DNA of 63,946 nucleotides, counting the filler, from Octopus bimaculoides (Eukaryota): NCBI RefSeq assembly GCF_001194135.2. It is 5 parts of 4 records of this genome, joined end to end, with 100 filler letters (N's around TTAATTAATTAA, not from the genome) between each part and the next. Parts side by side here need not be neighbours in the genome. Positions count along the whole stretch, not along the records: positions 1 to 23,048 come from NC_068983.1; 4 more parts are not named here. One strand, given 5' to 3'. The notes under the pieces were generated by a model. It saw only the letters and a program-made list of their open reading frames with translations. It did no database searches and was not told the DNA's origin. Positions 1 to 12,284 of the stretch are shown here, piece by piece (positions within the stretch are counted from its first letter, which is position 1; each line of letters opens with the position of its first letter). The position numbers were made by a program, and so were the translations under genes.

Positions 1-30
1 GATGATGATGATGATGATATATATATATAT

Positions 31-225
31 AGTTTTAGGGAAAAGAACCAAGTTTCATGAACTCATCGATGAAAATCCACTATCACATATATTATCTTTA
101 TCTTATGATATTTACTTTGTATTATATTATACTCATTTATTGTGCTTTTAATTATTAATTTTTCTATATGTGATAGTGGATTTTCATCAATGAGTTCATG
201 AAACTTGGTTCTTTTCCTTAAAACT
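31..225. mobile_element. Hairpin/MITE-like element with 60-bp inverted arms
   Basis: 31-90 is the reverse complement of 166-225 with 2 mismatches. The spacer is 75 bp and both flanks are TA runs. A related partial copy lies at 60027-60155. Confidence 0.75.
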
Positions 226-335
226 ATATATTTATATATATTTTAATCTGTAAAGCTCAATTTAATTTTAATTTTTTATAAATTGATTTTAATTGAGTTT
301 TTACCTGTAATTTTGGATTTTGTCCCTAATATTAT

Positions 336-368
<33 letters not shown>

Positions 369-379
369 GTGTGTGTGTG

Positions 380-1435
380 TTTGTCTTTACTGTTTTGTTA
401 TCACTGTCCTGTTTTTGTCACCACTTTAACCCTCCGCAAATCCCAAATTTTTAAAAGTTTGTTTTGTGGGAACAACTGTTTTAATGAAGTCACGTCTTGT
501 CCCTACATTCGAACCATGGAGTAGATAAAACAGGGAACAAATGATGAAGGGAATGTTCTTTATGTTACCTGTCTCGTTTCTGTATTTGTTTCTTTCGTTG
601 TTCGAAAAAAAAGTTCGTTTTCCATGTTTTTGTTTTTTATGTTCTTGTTTCTCATTTTGTTCACATTTTTTTGACATCCTGTACCCATATATGCATGTAT
701 ATATACACATATATGTAGGTATGTACATATACGTATGTATATATGCATATATATATATATTATTTATATCAGCATATGACCAAACGCCACACATCCATTT
801 CCAAGTAAGTTTTATCTTAATAATTCCGATGCGTACTCTACAACCTACCTCTATTCTATCTCCCTCTCTTGCTCTTCTTCTTTTTTATTTTTCTCTCCCA
901 CCCTTTCTCTAATCTCTCTCACCCTTACTCTTCCACCTTGACTCTCTCGTTGCTCACATGTGACCAATGGCTATCAATCTTTCTTTCTTCCACTTCCTTC
1001 CTAAAGACAAGATGTGCTTTGCCTGTCTCTTCTCAAAGCTCGTTTCTCCAGTGTTCGTTATGGCTTAACAGCCCTTACTGTTTGTTTTTACTGTTTTGTT
1101 GTCACTGTCCCGTTTTTGTCACCACTTTAACCCTCCACAAAAAATCCCAAATTTTTTTTAATTTGCTTTGCGGGAACGACTGTTTTAATGAAGTTGCATC
1201 TTGTTCCTACATTCGAAATGCGGAGGAGATAAAACAGGCAACAACTGATGAAGGGAATGTTCTTTACATTGCCTGTCTCGTTTCTCTATTTGTTTCTTTT
1301 GTTATTCAAAAAAAAAAAAAACGATCTTTTTCTATGTTTTTGTTTTTTATGTTCACGTTTTTGATGTTCTGTACCCATATATACATGTATATATACATAT
1401 ATATATGTAGGCATGTACATATATGTATGTATATA

Positions 1436-1477
<42 letters not shown>

Positions 1478-1528
1478 ATTATTATATGATCGAACGCCAC
1501 ACATCCATTTCCAAGTAAGTTTTATCTT
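380..1528 (+). repeat. Diverged direct duplication (380-798 and 1081-1528)
   Basis: Collinear blocks, e.g. tttgtcaccactttaaccctcc and cacatccatttccaagtaagttttatctt, occur in both copies. The internal microsatellites differ in length. Confidence 0.85.
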
Positions 1529-2156
1529 TTATATATATATATATATATCAGTGAGCTTATATATAGTTTACACACAAGGAGCCCAGTTTGAATCTAGCCT
1601 CACCTATAGAGTCAGAGATGAAACCTACTTAAATGCAGTGTAACTGTAAATGGTGAAAAATCTTTCCTTCCTTCAGATGAAGTTAATAATTAGAAAAACT
1701 ATAATTTTATACAAGAAGATGAAAAAAAAAATCATATCAATAATAATGGATTTTTTATGAGACCCAAGACCAAATTTTGTTGAAGAATGGATATATACTG
1801 AATAAAATCAACTCGTATTTATTGGTATATCACTTTGGCCAACACTTGAAGTATAAAAAGCAAATGAAATCCAAGCAATATATGAATTTAGTTGTTATCT
1901 TTTTACTAGATGCCTGAGAGAAATTTATATGCCAATAGCAAATCTGATACTTTTCCACCCATCTCATCTTCTTTCAACACACCTACTGGCACTCACTTCT
2001 CAAATCCTGCACTAAGCATTTTCCTCAATCTTTCCTTCCAAGAGTTAGAACTCTCTAGAATTTTCTATCCCAAATATGTTTTTATCTAAGACAGACTTTT
2101 CAGGTATCATTGTATTACAAAAGGAAGTGGGAGAAGGTCAGTGAATCAGAAATTAT

Positions 2157-2480
2157 ACTCTTTTACTCTTTTACTCGTTTCAGTCATTTGACTGCGGCCA
2201 TACTGGAGCACTACCTTTAGTCGAGCAACTCGACCCCAGGACTTATTCTTTGGAAGCCTAGTACTTGTTCTATCAGTCTCTTTTGCCGAACCGCTAAGTT
2301 ACGGGGACGTAAACACACCAGCATCGGTTGTCAAGTGATGTNNNNNNNNNNTCACAAGGCTTTGGTTGGCCCAAGGCTATAGTAGAAGACACTTGCCCAA
2401 GGTGCCACGCAGTGGGACTGAACCCAGAACCATGTAGTTGGTAAGCAAGCTACTTACCACACAGCCACTCCTATGCCTAT
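2157..2480 (-). mobile_element. tRNA-derived SINE (abundant family; head followed by ccttgggcaagtgtcttc block)
   Basis: Minus-strand tRNA-like head with B-box-like GGTTCAGTCCC. Many related copies or fragments occur, approximately at 7220-7385, 11585-11740, 16975-17140, 18120-18270, 22600-22990, 26360-26735, 35270-35395, 37385-37750, 39178-39320, 40970-41110, 41385-42150 and 51890-52060. Confidence 0.85.
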
Positions 2481-2552
2481 GTGAAAATATTTATAGTATT
2501 TACTTCAGTTTCCCAACTTTCTAAACTTTAATGCCACTGAGACTGGTCTTAC

Positions 2553-2633
2553 CCACTAGCTCTGTAGAGTTAATGAAATAAGTTCCATAGATAAGGATTG
2601 ATTTACCATACAAAACAACTGGATGTATAAAAC
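2553..2633 (-). CDS. Candidate isolated 81-nt internal exon (phase 1-1), FIHPVVLYGKSILIYGTYFINSTELV
   Basis: On the minus strand there is a ctaac branch-like motif, CAG acceptor, an open frame and a G|GTAAGA donor. No homology was recognised and the polypyrimidine tract is weak. Confidence 0.2.
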
Positions 2634-2773
2634 CTGCTGGTAGTTAACAGAAGTTAGAGCATCATCAACCATCGTCCAAAGTAGCAATTTACTGTAATTA
2701 CAGCATTTAACTTGCACATTTATTAGGGGAAGTATAAAATGATTCAAAGAAGCAAATTACTAGATTTGTTTAA

Positions 2774-2992
2774 CCCTTTAGCATTTAAACCAACCATATT
2801 TGGCCCAGATATTGTACCTGTTTTATGTTGAAACTAATCAGATCTGGCTTTGTGCACCTATCCTACAATGTCTTTCTAAAAATAGCCCTCACATCATCAC
2901 AATCTTGAAGTTATGAGATAATGCATGATTAATACAAAATGATATGAATAAATAAACATCACGTGTGACAGAGTAATGTGAATGGTAAAGAG
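2774..2992. mobile_element. piggyBac-like MITE
   Basis: TTAA|CCCTTTAGCATT ... AATGGTAAAGAG|TTAA. The TIRs match 10/12 and TTAA flanks both ends. Confidence 0.75.
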
Positions 2993-3710
2993 TTAAATGT
3001 GAATAAAATGCCTCACAGTATCAGGGTCAACTTTGCCTTTCATCCTTCTGGGGTCACTAAAAAAAAGGGACCATTGCAGGACAGTGGATAGGTAGAATTG
3101 TAAATGCATTGGATGGGATGTCTTGTATAAAATCCAGCTCTGTACATTCTGAATTTAAATTCCAGCCTTTCGCTGTAAAATCGAGACACTTCCATGAAAA
3201 GCTATGACCAACAGATTGTAGCAATAATTTGAAAAACTAATCAATACATAGTTTCCTGCCTGGGTTTCGAAGACTCATAACTATGATGATACCCCTTTTT
3301 TTTTTTTTTGGCAAAGTGTAAATGTGGGACATATTATTAAAGGTCATCTTATATGCTGATATGTACGATAATTGAATATATACTCCATCTGCAAATTTGA
3401 ATCTTTGTGCCAATGTAAGAAATAATTATAAATTATACTGCAGTTGCAGTGGGGAAGGCACAAGGGTAAGGCACAGCAACATGACCTGCAGCCACTTCCT
3501 TCAACCCTGAGTCAAGAAAGAGGGGTAGTAAATTGGATACAAAACGCACAGTTCATGTTTTCACAATCTCAAGAATATATAACGATTCAGTTATCAAAAA
3601 GTATATTTTTCTTCTATCAATATTAATAATAGTCATTTTCAATAACAATCACCTTCAACATTCACTTTGTTGTAATGATTGATCTGTGTTGCCCAGGGCA
3701 ACTAGAATTT

Positions 3711-3765
<55 letters not shown>

Positions 3766-5181
3766 TATACATATACATGCACGTATATATGTTAACGTGT
3801 ATATGTAACTGCATTGTGTATGAGTATGTATATGTATGTATTTAAGAGTGTGTTTACAAATATTTATGTGTGTGGGGATTAATATATTTGTTCCCATATG
3901 TGTATGCATTTATGCATGTGTATATTTGTGGATATGTATTCATGCATGTTATATGTATGTATGCCTATGTATGTACATGTGTGTTTGTATCTGTGTGTAT
4001 GTGTATGAACATGTGTGCATAAGTCTGTTTGTTAGGAGCCAGTATGCTCTATGAAGTGTCCAATATTCATCCTATTGCTTCTGTTATTGTATTTATCTAA
4101 CAAAGAACAACTCAGTCTAATGGATTGGAGCTTCTCTTTCCTTCTTTCATCATTCTGTCTTTCATTCATTTTTATTAATTTTTTTTCATATCTTTCCATT
4201 CTCTTTTATTATTCCAGTTTCTCTATTTTGTACAGCTGCTACCCTCTACTTTGGCAATATTCTTTTCTTTACTAAAGCAGGCTTTTAATTCTATCATGTA
4301 TACACACACACGCGCGCACGCACACACACACACACACACACACACATGTCGATTAGCCCAAGGTCAAATCTGATTGAACAGACAACACTATGATCAAAGG
4401 TATTCCAGCCATAATCACCACTGTTTTTATATTTTTTCAAGGCATAGTGATGTATGTAGAACAAGGTATTGTAATGCATCAGTAATTCCATTTTATAGGA
4501 TAGTAAGTAGGGAATGGTATGATGGAGATTTAGCTACTCTTTTTAGTAACCTAAGTGATTATATGGAGGCTTTATCATAAACTCTTATAGCTATGTTTTA
4601 TATAAAAACTTTAGATGATAACAGGTAGAAATCCCACAGTTTGTTTTCTTCTTTATTTTAGGTCCACCTCACCTCATAGGAGGAGTTGGAAGAGTGAAAT
4701 ATAAACAGGACAGGGGTGGTTCAGATAAAGTTTCCCTGTGGAGAAAAAAGGGTTGTAAATCATGTTTTACTATGGTAGGATGGAGATAGGGGGTTTGGTG
4801 GGGGATAAAAGCAATTGTCAGCTGTTCCATAAAAGTAATGACTGACAGAGAGGCAGGTGTATTCCATCAAGTGAAAGACTAGCAAAGTGTGGTGGCAGAG
4901 AGTCAACAAGTTCAGAAAACACAAGAGTCTGTTTCACTTGTATAGAAGAAACAGAGAAGAGAGAATACTTTCTACTAGAATGTTTAATGATAATAGAGGA
5001 TTGCCTATCAGGCAATTAGCAGTGAATGCATGGTGTGTGTTTGGTGGTGGTGGTGGTGGTGAGAGAGGAATTGGGAAGGAGCACACGTGCATGTGTGCCT
5101 GCTTGCATGCGTGCACGTGTGTGTGCATGTGTGTGTGCATGTGTGTATGTGTGCGTGCATGTGTGTGTGCGTGTGCATGCA

Positions 5182-5220
<39 letters not shown>

Positions 5221-5250
5221 CAGCTGTTGTACTGTCCCAANNNNNNNNNN

Positions 5251-5321
<71 letters not shown>

Positions 5322-5873
5322 CAGCTGTTGTACTGTCCCAACAGGAGCATATGATTGTTATTGTCAGAGAGTACTTCCTTGCTGAACTTACTACTCAAAA
5401 ATAAATATACAAACTTTTTAAAGTTATTTCTAGTCATAACATGACTTCAGTCTGACTGAATCTGTGTTACATTTGAAAACAAATTACAGTCAGCTTATAT
5501 TATGATACTGCAAGAACAGAATTATTATTTAGAAAATTTAGCACCTTTAAAGGATGGGCAATACTCATCTAGTACACTTCTACATCTCAGAGGTATGAGC
5601 ATTTAAGTATGGCTGATTTGGAAGTATAAAATTTAGATGTGTGAATTTCACAAAAACCTCTATGAACTGTCTCCTTTTCTTTAACTACAACAACTATATG
5701 GGACCAACCAATTTTGATGTTTATTCCCCAGGTTAATTTTGATCTAGCGCACCTATAATCAATTGTGTTCCCAAATTTTTTTCATAGTGTATTATTCAAT
5801 GTGACTGCATTTTCTTTTTAAATATTAGGGTGTGATATGAGGTAAATATTTGTTATTATTTCTAACAAACCAA

Positions 5874-6090
5874 GGTGGCAAGCTGGAAGAATCATAAGCA
5901 TGCCAGACAAAATGCTTAGTGGCATTTCATTCATTTTTACATTTTGAGTTCAAATTCTGCCTAGGTTGATTTTGCCTTTCATTCTTTCGGGATTGATAAA
6001 CTTAAGTTCCAGTGAAACACTGGGGTTGATGTAACCGACTAGTTGCCTCCCACCAAATCTCAGCCCTTGTGCCTTTAGTAGAAAGGATCA
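5874..6090 (+). mobile_element. tRNA-derived SINE, family carrying the ttcatcctttcggggtcgataaa block (Meta-domain-like)
   Basis: The head ggtggc-gagctggcagaa and body gagttcaaattc...tttgcctttcat are shared with copies near 30200-30540, 32200-32640, 34140-34345, 44890-45050, 49150-49350, 50300-50470, 60580-61230 and 62038-62236. The Meta-domain assignment is from memory and unverified. Confidence 0.75.
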
Positions 6091-8967
6091 TTTCTAACAA
6101 ACCACGACAGACATAGATGGCCAATTGGATGGAATGGAATGTATCTGTAGCTCCAGACAGGAAACAAATATATTAAGCTAGCATTACTTCAAGCCACCTT
6201 AGGTGTTCCTCACAGCTACCAAAAGGTTTCTCTTTCTTTAATTTCTTTGAGTCAGAAGAAGAGCTATGCTAATATGCTTGTGGCAGGCATTCAGGTGCAA
6301 AAGTTGTCAAAAGATTCAGCAAATCAAGACATAAAAGCTTTAATGGAGCTTTGTTCCATTAATAAGTTTGATGGATGACAACTGATTCTATGTTGAGGTC
6401 ATCTACAGTTACTATTTTTTTTCATCCACCTTCCAAACACTAGGGTTAGACTTTAGAATGGTATTCCCAGTTTTGTTGCTAATGGTCCAACCATGAAATA
6501 GGTAGTGTAGGCTTACATGATTACCAATAGCAGATCACTGTTGATCTGATCTGACAGAATGGCCAGTTGCATAGGTTAGGAGATAACCCATGGATAGGTC
6601 AATAGTTCATATACTTCTACCAGCACTCTAATGAGTTGATGGCCATGACACATAAATCTCAACAGTCTAGTCAACTTAACTGCTGTTGTTCAACACCTTT
6701 GATTGTAAGTCTTCTTTATCAGGGCTGAGCTGGGACTAAACAATGACAACAATGATAACTTAGCCATTAATATTGTTCTACAACAGAGATGGAGACCAAA
6801 TGTTCAGATGTGACATCTTTCAGATATTACAGTGCTGAATTCAGTGTGGTTCAATATGGTGTAGCCACACAGAAGAGTAGAGGGATACATAGAAGAGTAG
6901 CACAGTGCAAGGCAGATGTATGTACCTTAACAGTATACAAACATACATATAAATTCATGTACATGTCCACATCATCATCATCTGCATCCTCGTCATCATC
7001 ATTTCAATGTCTACTTTTCCATGCCTGTATGGGTCAGATAGAATTCATCGAGGAAGATTTTCTATGACCATATGTCCTTCCTATTGTCAACTTTCACTTG
7101 TTTCCAAGCAAGGTAATATTTACCGAAGGAAATCTTTTCCTACAAAAATTGGAAATGAAGGACAGTACTGTTCATTGACAACTATTTGTGCAATGCCAAG
7201 ACAAAAAAACACAGTCACATACATACATATATGATGCAATTCTTTCAGTTTCTTTCTACCAAATCCACTCACAAGGTTTTGGTACAAGACATTTTCTTAA
7301 GGTGGGACTGAATCTGAAACCATGTGATTGAAAATTGAATTTCTCAACTGCACACTCATGGCAACACAAATTCCATGTACACCTATACACATATGCACAC
7401 AAAGTCATATGCACACATACACATATGCACACATACATATCGTTGCTATTATGTTAAACTGTTATATGTCCAAATTTGGCCAAATGCATTTTTTTCAATA
7501 TTTATGCTTCCAATAGCCAGTTCTTTTGGTCAAACGATCATATCTCCAGCTGCTTCAGATGCTAAAATATCAAAAATTGTCAAAGTGTAGAACAACGGTT
7601 TTGCCATGGAATGGAGACAATTTTTTTTTTGTTTTCTGATAAAGCAAAATTTGGGACTTACAACACTTTTGCATAATAGCAGTGATATACACCCTCAAAA
7701 TCATATACATACATACACATAAGTATGAAAATTCCCACACATACACTTCCATTGTTGAGTTGTTGTTGTTGTTGGAAGAAGGCCTTAGCATGCCATGTAG
7801 GCTGGTTGTATGCTTACCTGTCTATGTTAGCTAATTGCAGTTAGGCAGGGATGTTGCTATTTTCAGGCTATTAGCTCTAACCGTCAGTGAAGTTTGAACT
7901 TAGAACACAAAGGGCTGAAACATACCACAAGTCACCTTGTTCCACTAATACATCCACCTAGATGGGTGCTTCATTTATTGACCCTGAAAGATAAAAGCTA
8001 AAGTTGACCATAACAGGGCTCAAACTCAGAGTATCTAATGAACTGAGATGAATACTGCTAGGTATTCTATTTGATACTGTAACACCCATGCCAATTCTCC
8101 ATCATACTCCTCTCCCACCCTCCTCTTCCACCTCATTGTCCTCATCATCATCATCCAACACCACCACTACCACCATCAACACCGTCATCATTGCTTTATA
8201 TCCATTTTCCCATTACTGCATGGATTTGGTGAGTCATTATCATCTGAGTCAATTCTAATTGGTTGCTACTACTGTCTTAGATGAGCCCAGGGGCCCCACA
8301 TCTTGCTCGCGTATTTCATTTTTGGCTTGGTTTCTTCAGCTGGATATCCTTCATATCACCAACCACCTTATTGTGTACTGAGTGCACTTTATTGAAACAC
8401 CAGCACTAGAGAGATAGTCATGTTCTCAACAGGACCGAAAGGATCATCTTAAGCCCAGTTATTGCACATAAATTTATGTACATACACAACTGAAGAAAGC
8501 CCATTAACACTGTAGATTGTGGTTAGTATAGCTCTGCTATTTTTATACTTCAGTTGGCTATCAGTTTTGACTTAAACAACACAAGTTAATCCAACATTTC
8601 TTTGTTCTTTGGCTGTACTTTCCTCCTTCCGTCTGGTGCTGTTTGGAGGTAAAAATAGAGATCGACGTCAGTGGCAGAGAGATCTGGAGTTTAAACACCA
8701 TAAATACGAGTAGCCACTATTTTTATCGTTGTTTAGTCCCTGTTCATCTCTGATTCAGTTGACTGACCCCTGATCAAAGATATTCCGTCGGTGATCATCA
8801 CACTTTTTTGTATATCAATGAGTCCATTACTGAATGTAACCTTCTTTACATAATGCTGTAGAGTGTGATTTGAAAATGATTTGACTGCTATTTCTAATAG
8901 GTTGCATGATCATTTAAAGGCTCCCTCGCTGGTATTCTTGTTGCTGCACTTAAAACTAGTGCTGCTG

Positions 8968-9010
<43 letters not shown>

Positions 9011-9185
9011 AATGACTGCTGATGCTGGTACTATAGTCGTATCTGCTAATACTTGTTAGAACTACTACAGCTGCAACAGCTGCTGCTGCTACTACTGCTT
9101 TAGTGTCTCTTATTGCTTCTGCTGTTACCGTTACTACTCCTCTTTCAGCAGCAGCAACAGTATTATTATTAGTAGTTTTCGTTGT

Positions 9186-9219
<34 letters not shown>

Positions 9220-9520
9220 GTTGTTATAATTGCTGTTTAGGCCATTGCCATTTTTTTCCTTTCTGTATTAACTTTTGTTACTATTTTGGCTCTGGATATT
9301 GTTTCTACTGATACATTTTGTTTTGTTTTTTTCTCATCATTTATTATTTGTTGTTTAGCAACAAATCAACCCTGATCAAGGAAACCTATGATCAACAGAG
9401 TTCCAAATGTGACTATCCCATCTTTCACTCACACATTATTCCTTTCTGAATAGATCAGACCAGTAGTCCTCAACCATTTTTTTGCCTATGGACCCCTTTG
9501 ATTCCTATTATACTCTACTG

Positions 9521-9783
9521 CAGGGGTTTTCAAACTGTGGTCTGCAGACCACAGGGGGTCCGCAAGGACAAGACAGGGGGTTCATGCAAAGCCAAGCAAG
9601 CACATCCTTCTCACTAAGTATGTATTAAAAAAATCCTTTGTGTACAATTGACAATAAACCTATTTGTTAAATACTGTTAAATAAATAAATGTAAAAATAT
9701 ATGTTATTTTAAGCAAATGTTTATGTAAAGGTAAAGCCTGAAATATGAAGGGGTCCGCAAGTCAAAAAGTTTGAAATCCCCTG
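9521..9783. mobile_element. hAT-like MITE nested in the previous element
   Basis: TIRs CAGGGGTTTTCAAAC / GTTTGAAATCCCCTG, with an 8-bp TSD ctctactg / ctctcctg (7/8). Confidence 0.85.
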
Positions 9784-9957
9784 CTCTCCTGAACCTCCAT
9801 AGTCATTTGATGAATATATAAAAACAATGTTCTAATGTATTTTAATAATTAAATATTATTTGGAATTGCATAAAAAAATTTAATATTTTGTGTATTGTAT
9901 AAATAGAACCAATTTATTGCATATAAATTTTAATAAGAAAATCTTGTATAGACCCCT

Positions 9958-10024
9958 AAGGGCCACATTGACCTCCAAGGGCCACATTGACCTCCAAGGG
10001 CCACATTGACCTCCAAGGGCCATA
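9958..10024 (+). repeat. 19-bp tandem repeat (aagggccacattgacctcc) x3 plus partial
   Basis: Three exact units are directly visible. Confidence 0.95.
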
Positions 10025-10701
10025 TGGACCCCAGTTGAGAACCACTGGGTTAGGCACTAAAATCAGACTTATTCCATTCTGAAATGTGGTCATGGATTCT
10101 ATGGTTTGTATCTCCTTTCTTTTCTGTTGCAGGGAGAGAATTTAAACACAACACAGCAAGCCTCTGGTTCACTGACTAACACACTACAACCACTAAGTTG
10201 CAGAAGTGAACTTTCCACACCTTGTCTCATTTATCACTATTACTAAGACCTTATTCCCTTCTCTGAATTCATTCCTCCTCCTCCTCCTCTCATCAGGCTC
10301 ACCATACTCTCATCTCTCAGATCCCCACATGAAATGTCTTACTCAGTTTTCTTTTTTAAAAATGAAACTCTTTGGAATTTCCTTCTCAACATAATTTTCT
10401 TGCAGAATTCTGGTTTAAGCACCCCATATAACTCCTAATAACATTTTTTATTTTATGGAATTTTCTGAAGATCTTTGTGGATTTGTGTTATAAACATAGG
10501 AATTCATACGCATATTCTTTTATTTTTTTACACATTTCCATCATTTGATTGCGGTCATGCTGGAACACTACCTTGTAGGATTTTAGCTGAAGAAATGGAC
10601 CCCAGGATTTATTCTCTGTAAGCCTAGTACTTATTCTATTGGCCTCTTTTGTGTGTTGAGAGACACACACATAAATCTGTATACATACGTATACACATCA
10701 T

Positions 10702-10732
<31 letters not shown>

Positions 10733-10774
10733 CATATATATACACGCACACACATACGTGTGTGTGTTTGTGTA

Positions 10775-11198
10775 TCTATATGTATAAACGAAAGATTTTG
10801 TTCGTTTGTGTGCTTGTTTGTCCCATAAAATGATTCAAGAGAGGTAACACTAATTGTGCACAAACCTATGATGAACTGCATTGAGGTAAATATTCTCACT
10901 GGTTGTGGTGAACATGACACCATCTTCATTCTTTGCATACTAGTTATACCATCTAATGTCCCATTCATATTTAAGCTCTTACAGTTTCCTATCCCACTTT
11001 CTTTTGCCATGAGCATTAATAAAAGTCAGGGCTAAACACTAAAAGTCACTGGATTGCAACTTGAAGAACAAACAGAAGTTTGTATATGAAATCCATCTTT
11101 TTAGTTGACATAAAAATATGTGGAAGACTGTTGACAGGATTGTTCCTATTCTTGGGCAGTAAACCTAATTCATTATCAGGTTTAATGCAACCACCTAG
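10775..11198 (+). mobile_element. Non-autonomous mini-Helitron with a Pif1-type helicase C-terminal remnant
   Basis: 10844-11071 translates to ...IEVNILTG...FKLLQFPIPLSFAMSINKSQG*TLKVTGLQLEEQ, matching the Helitron motif FP(V/I)RLAFAMSINKSQGQTL. Ends are A|TC at 10774/10775 and CTAG|T at 11195-11199, with a hairpin at 11161-11183. Confidence 0.8.
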
Positions 11199-11370
11199 TT
11201 CTTTAGTAGAGAGCCTTTAGTACAGTTCACTCTGTTCTAAGTATTTAGATTTGGTTTCTGGTCTGATGGTAATTTCTTTTCACCAGCCTTGGAGGCCTTA
11301 ATAAAAAAAAAAGTCATGTCCTCTGACTTTTCTCCTCTGATTAACTTGTGTAAAATAAATGAATAAATAT

Positions 11371-11442
<72 letters not shown>

Positions 11443-11756
11443 GACAACATATGATAATCAAGGCAGCAGAGTATTTATCATACGTGACTATACTCATGTA
11501 TTCTTCATACCATTAATGGCATAAGTCATTCAGATGTTAGCTATTCAGCCCTCATCAGCAATGATTCAGATTTCAGTCATAGATGCAGGTGTGGCAGTGT
11601 AGTTAAGAAACTCACTTTGCAACCACGTGACTTTGGGTTTCAGTCCCACTGTGCAGTTCCATGGCTAAGTGTCTTCTGTTATACCCCACCAGGTTAACTA
11701 ATGCCTTGTGGGTTTGATAGACAGAAACTGTGTAGAAGCCCATTGTAATACATACA

Positions 11757-11792
<36 letters not shown>

Positions 11793-11962
11793 TAAGATAC
11801 CAGGCTGCTGTCCGACATGCCCATTGGAATCCCCATGTCTGGGGATTTCAATGGCCATGTTGGACAGCAGCCTGGCATTTTACATGGGGATCAAGGAATT
11901 GGCTCCTGAAATGAAGAGGGAACAAGGCTAATGGAGTTCTATATCTAAGAGATGAGGAATTA

Positions 11963-12037
11963 TGTACGCCATATGGTGTAGTGGTTAAGAGCGCAGACTA
12001 CTAACCCCAAGATTCCGAGTTTGATTCCAGGCAGTGA

Positions 12038-12103
<66 letters not shown>

Positions 12104-12282
12104 TAATAATAACAACAATAATAATAATAACAACAACAACATCGAAAAATACCTTAGGAATGAGAACCCAGATTTGAAATTTCCCCAAGACACCTGATGA
12201 ACACTGGAGGGTATATCAGCTAAAATGTGTTAACAACAAACAAGATGAGGACAAATATCCATCAATTGTAAATAATGTAAAT
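11963..12282 (+). mobile_element. tRNA-derived SINE with internal (AAT)n and a hammerhead-like 3' segment
   Basis: A-box-like tggtgtagtggttaa and B-box-like gagtttgattcc are followed by (AAT)n, then gacac-CTGATGA at 12189-12200. Confidence 0.7.
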
Positions 12283-12284
12283 AA

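Larger units (their letters stand above)
9461..10047. mobile_element. hAT-like MITE (outer element)
   Basis: Termini CAGTAGTCCTCAAC / GTTGAGAACCACTG. The 8-bp flanks are only 5/8 identical, consistent with an old insertion. Confidence 0.7.

Noticed and set aside
5141-5340. Duplicated gtgacagctgttgtactgtcccaa on both sides of a 10-N gap (similarly 24386-24497)
   Set aside because: These are overlapping contig ends joined by a nominal gap, an assembly artefact rather than a tandem duplication.
426-5437. ORFs rich in CV/HT/YI dipeptides (also 11237-12193, 47213-47427, 52016-52289, 62910-63832)
   Set aside because: They are translations of microsatellites with no coding evidence.
10131-10245. 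Strong acceptor ctcctttcttttctgttgcag followed by GENLNTTQQ...
   Set aside because: The frame stops after 37 codons with no good donor, and the sequence resembles a decayed repeat.
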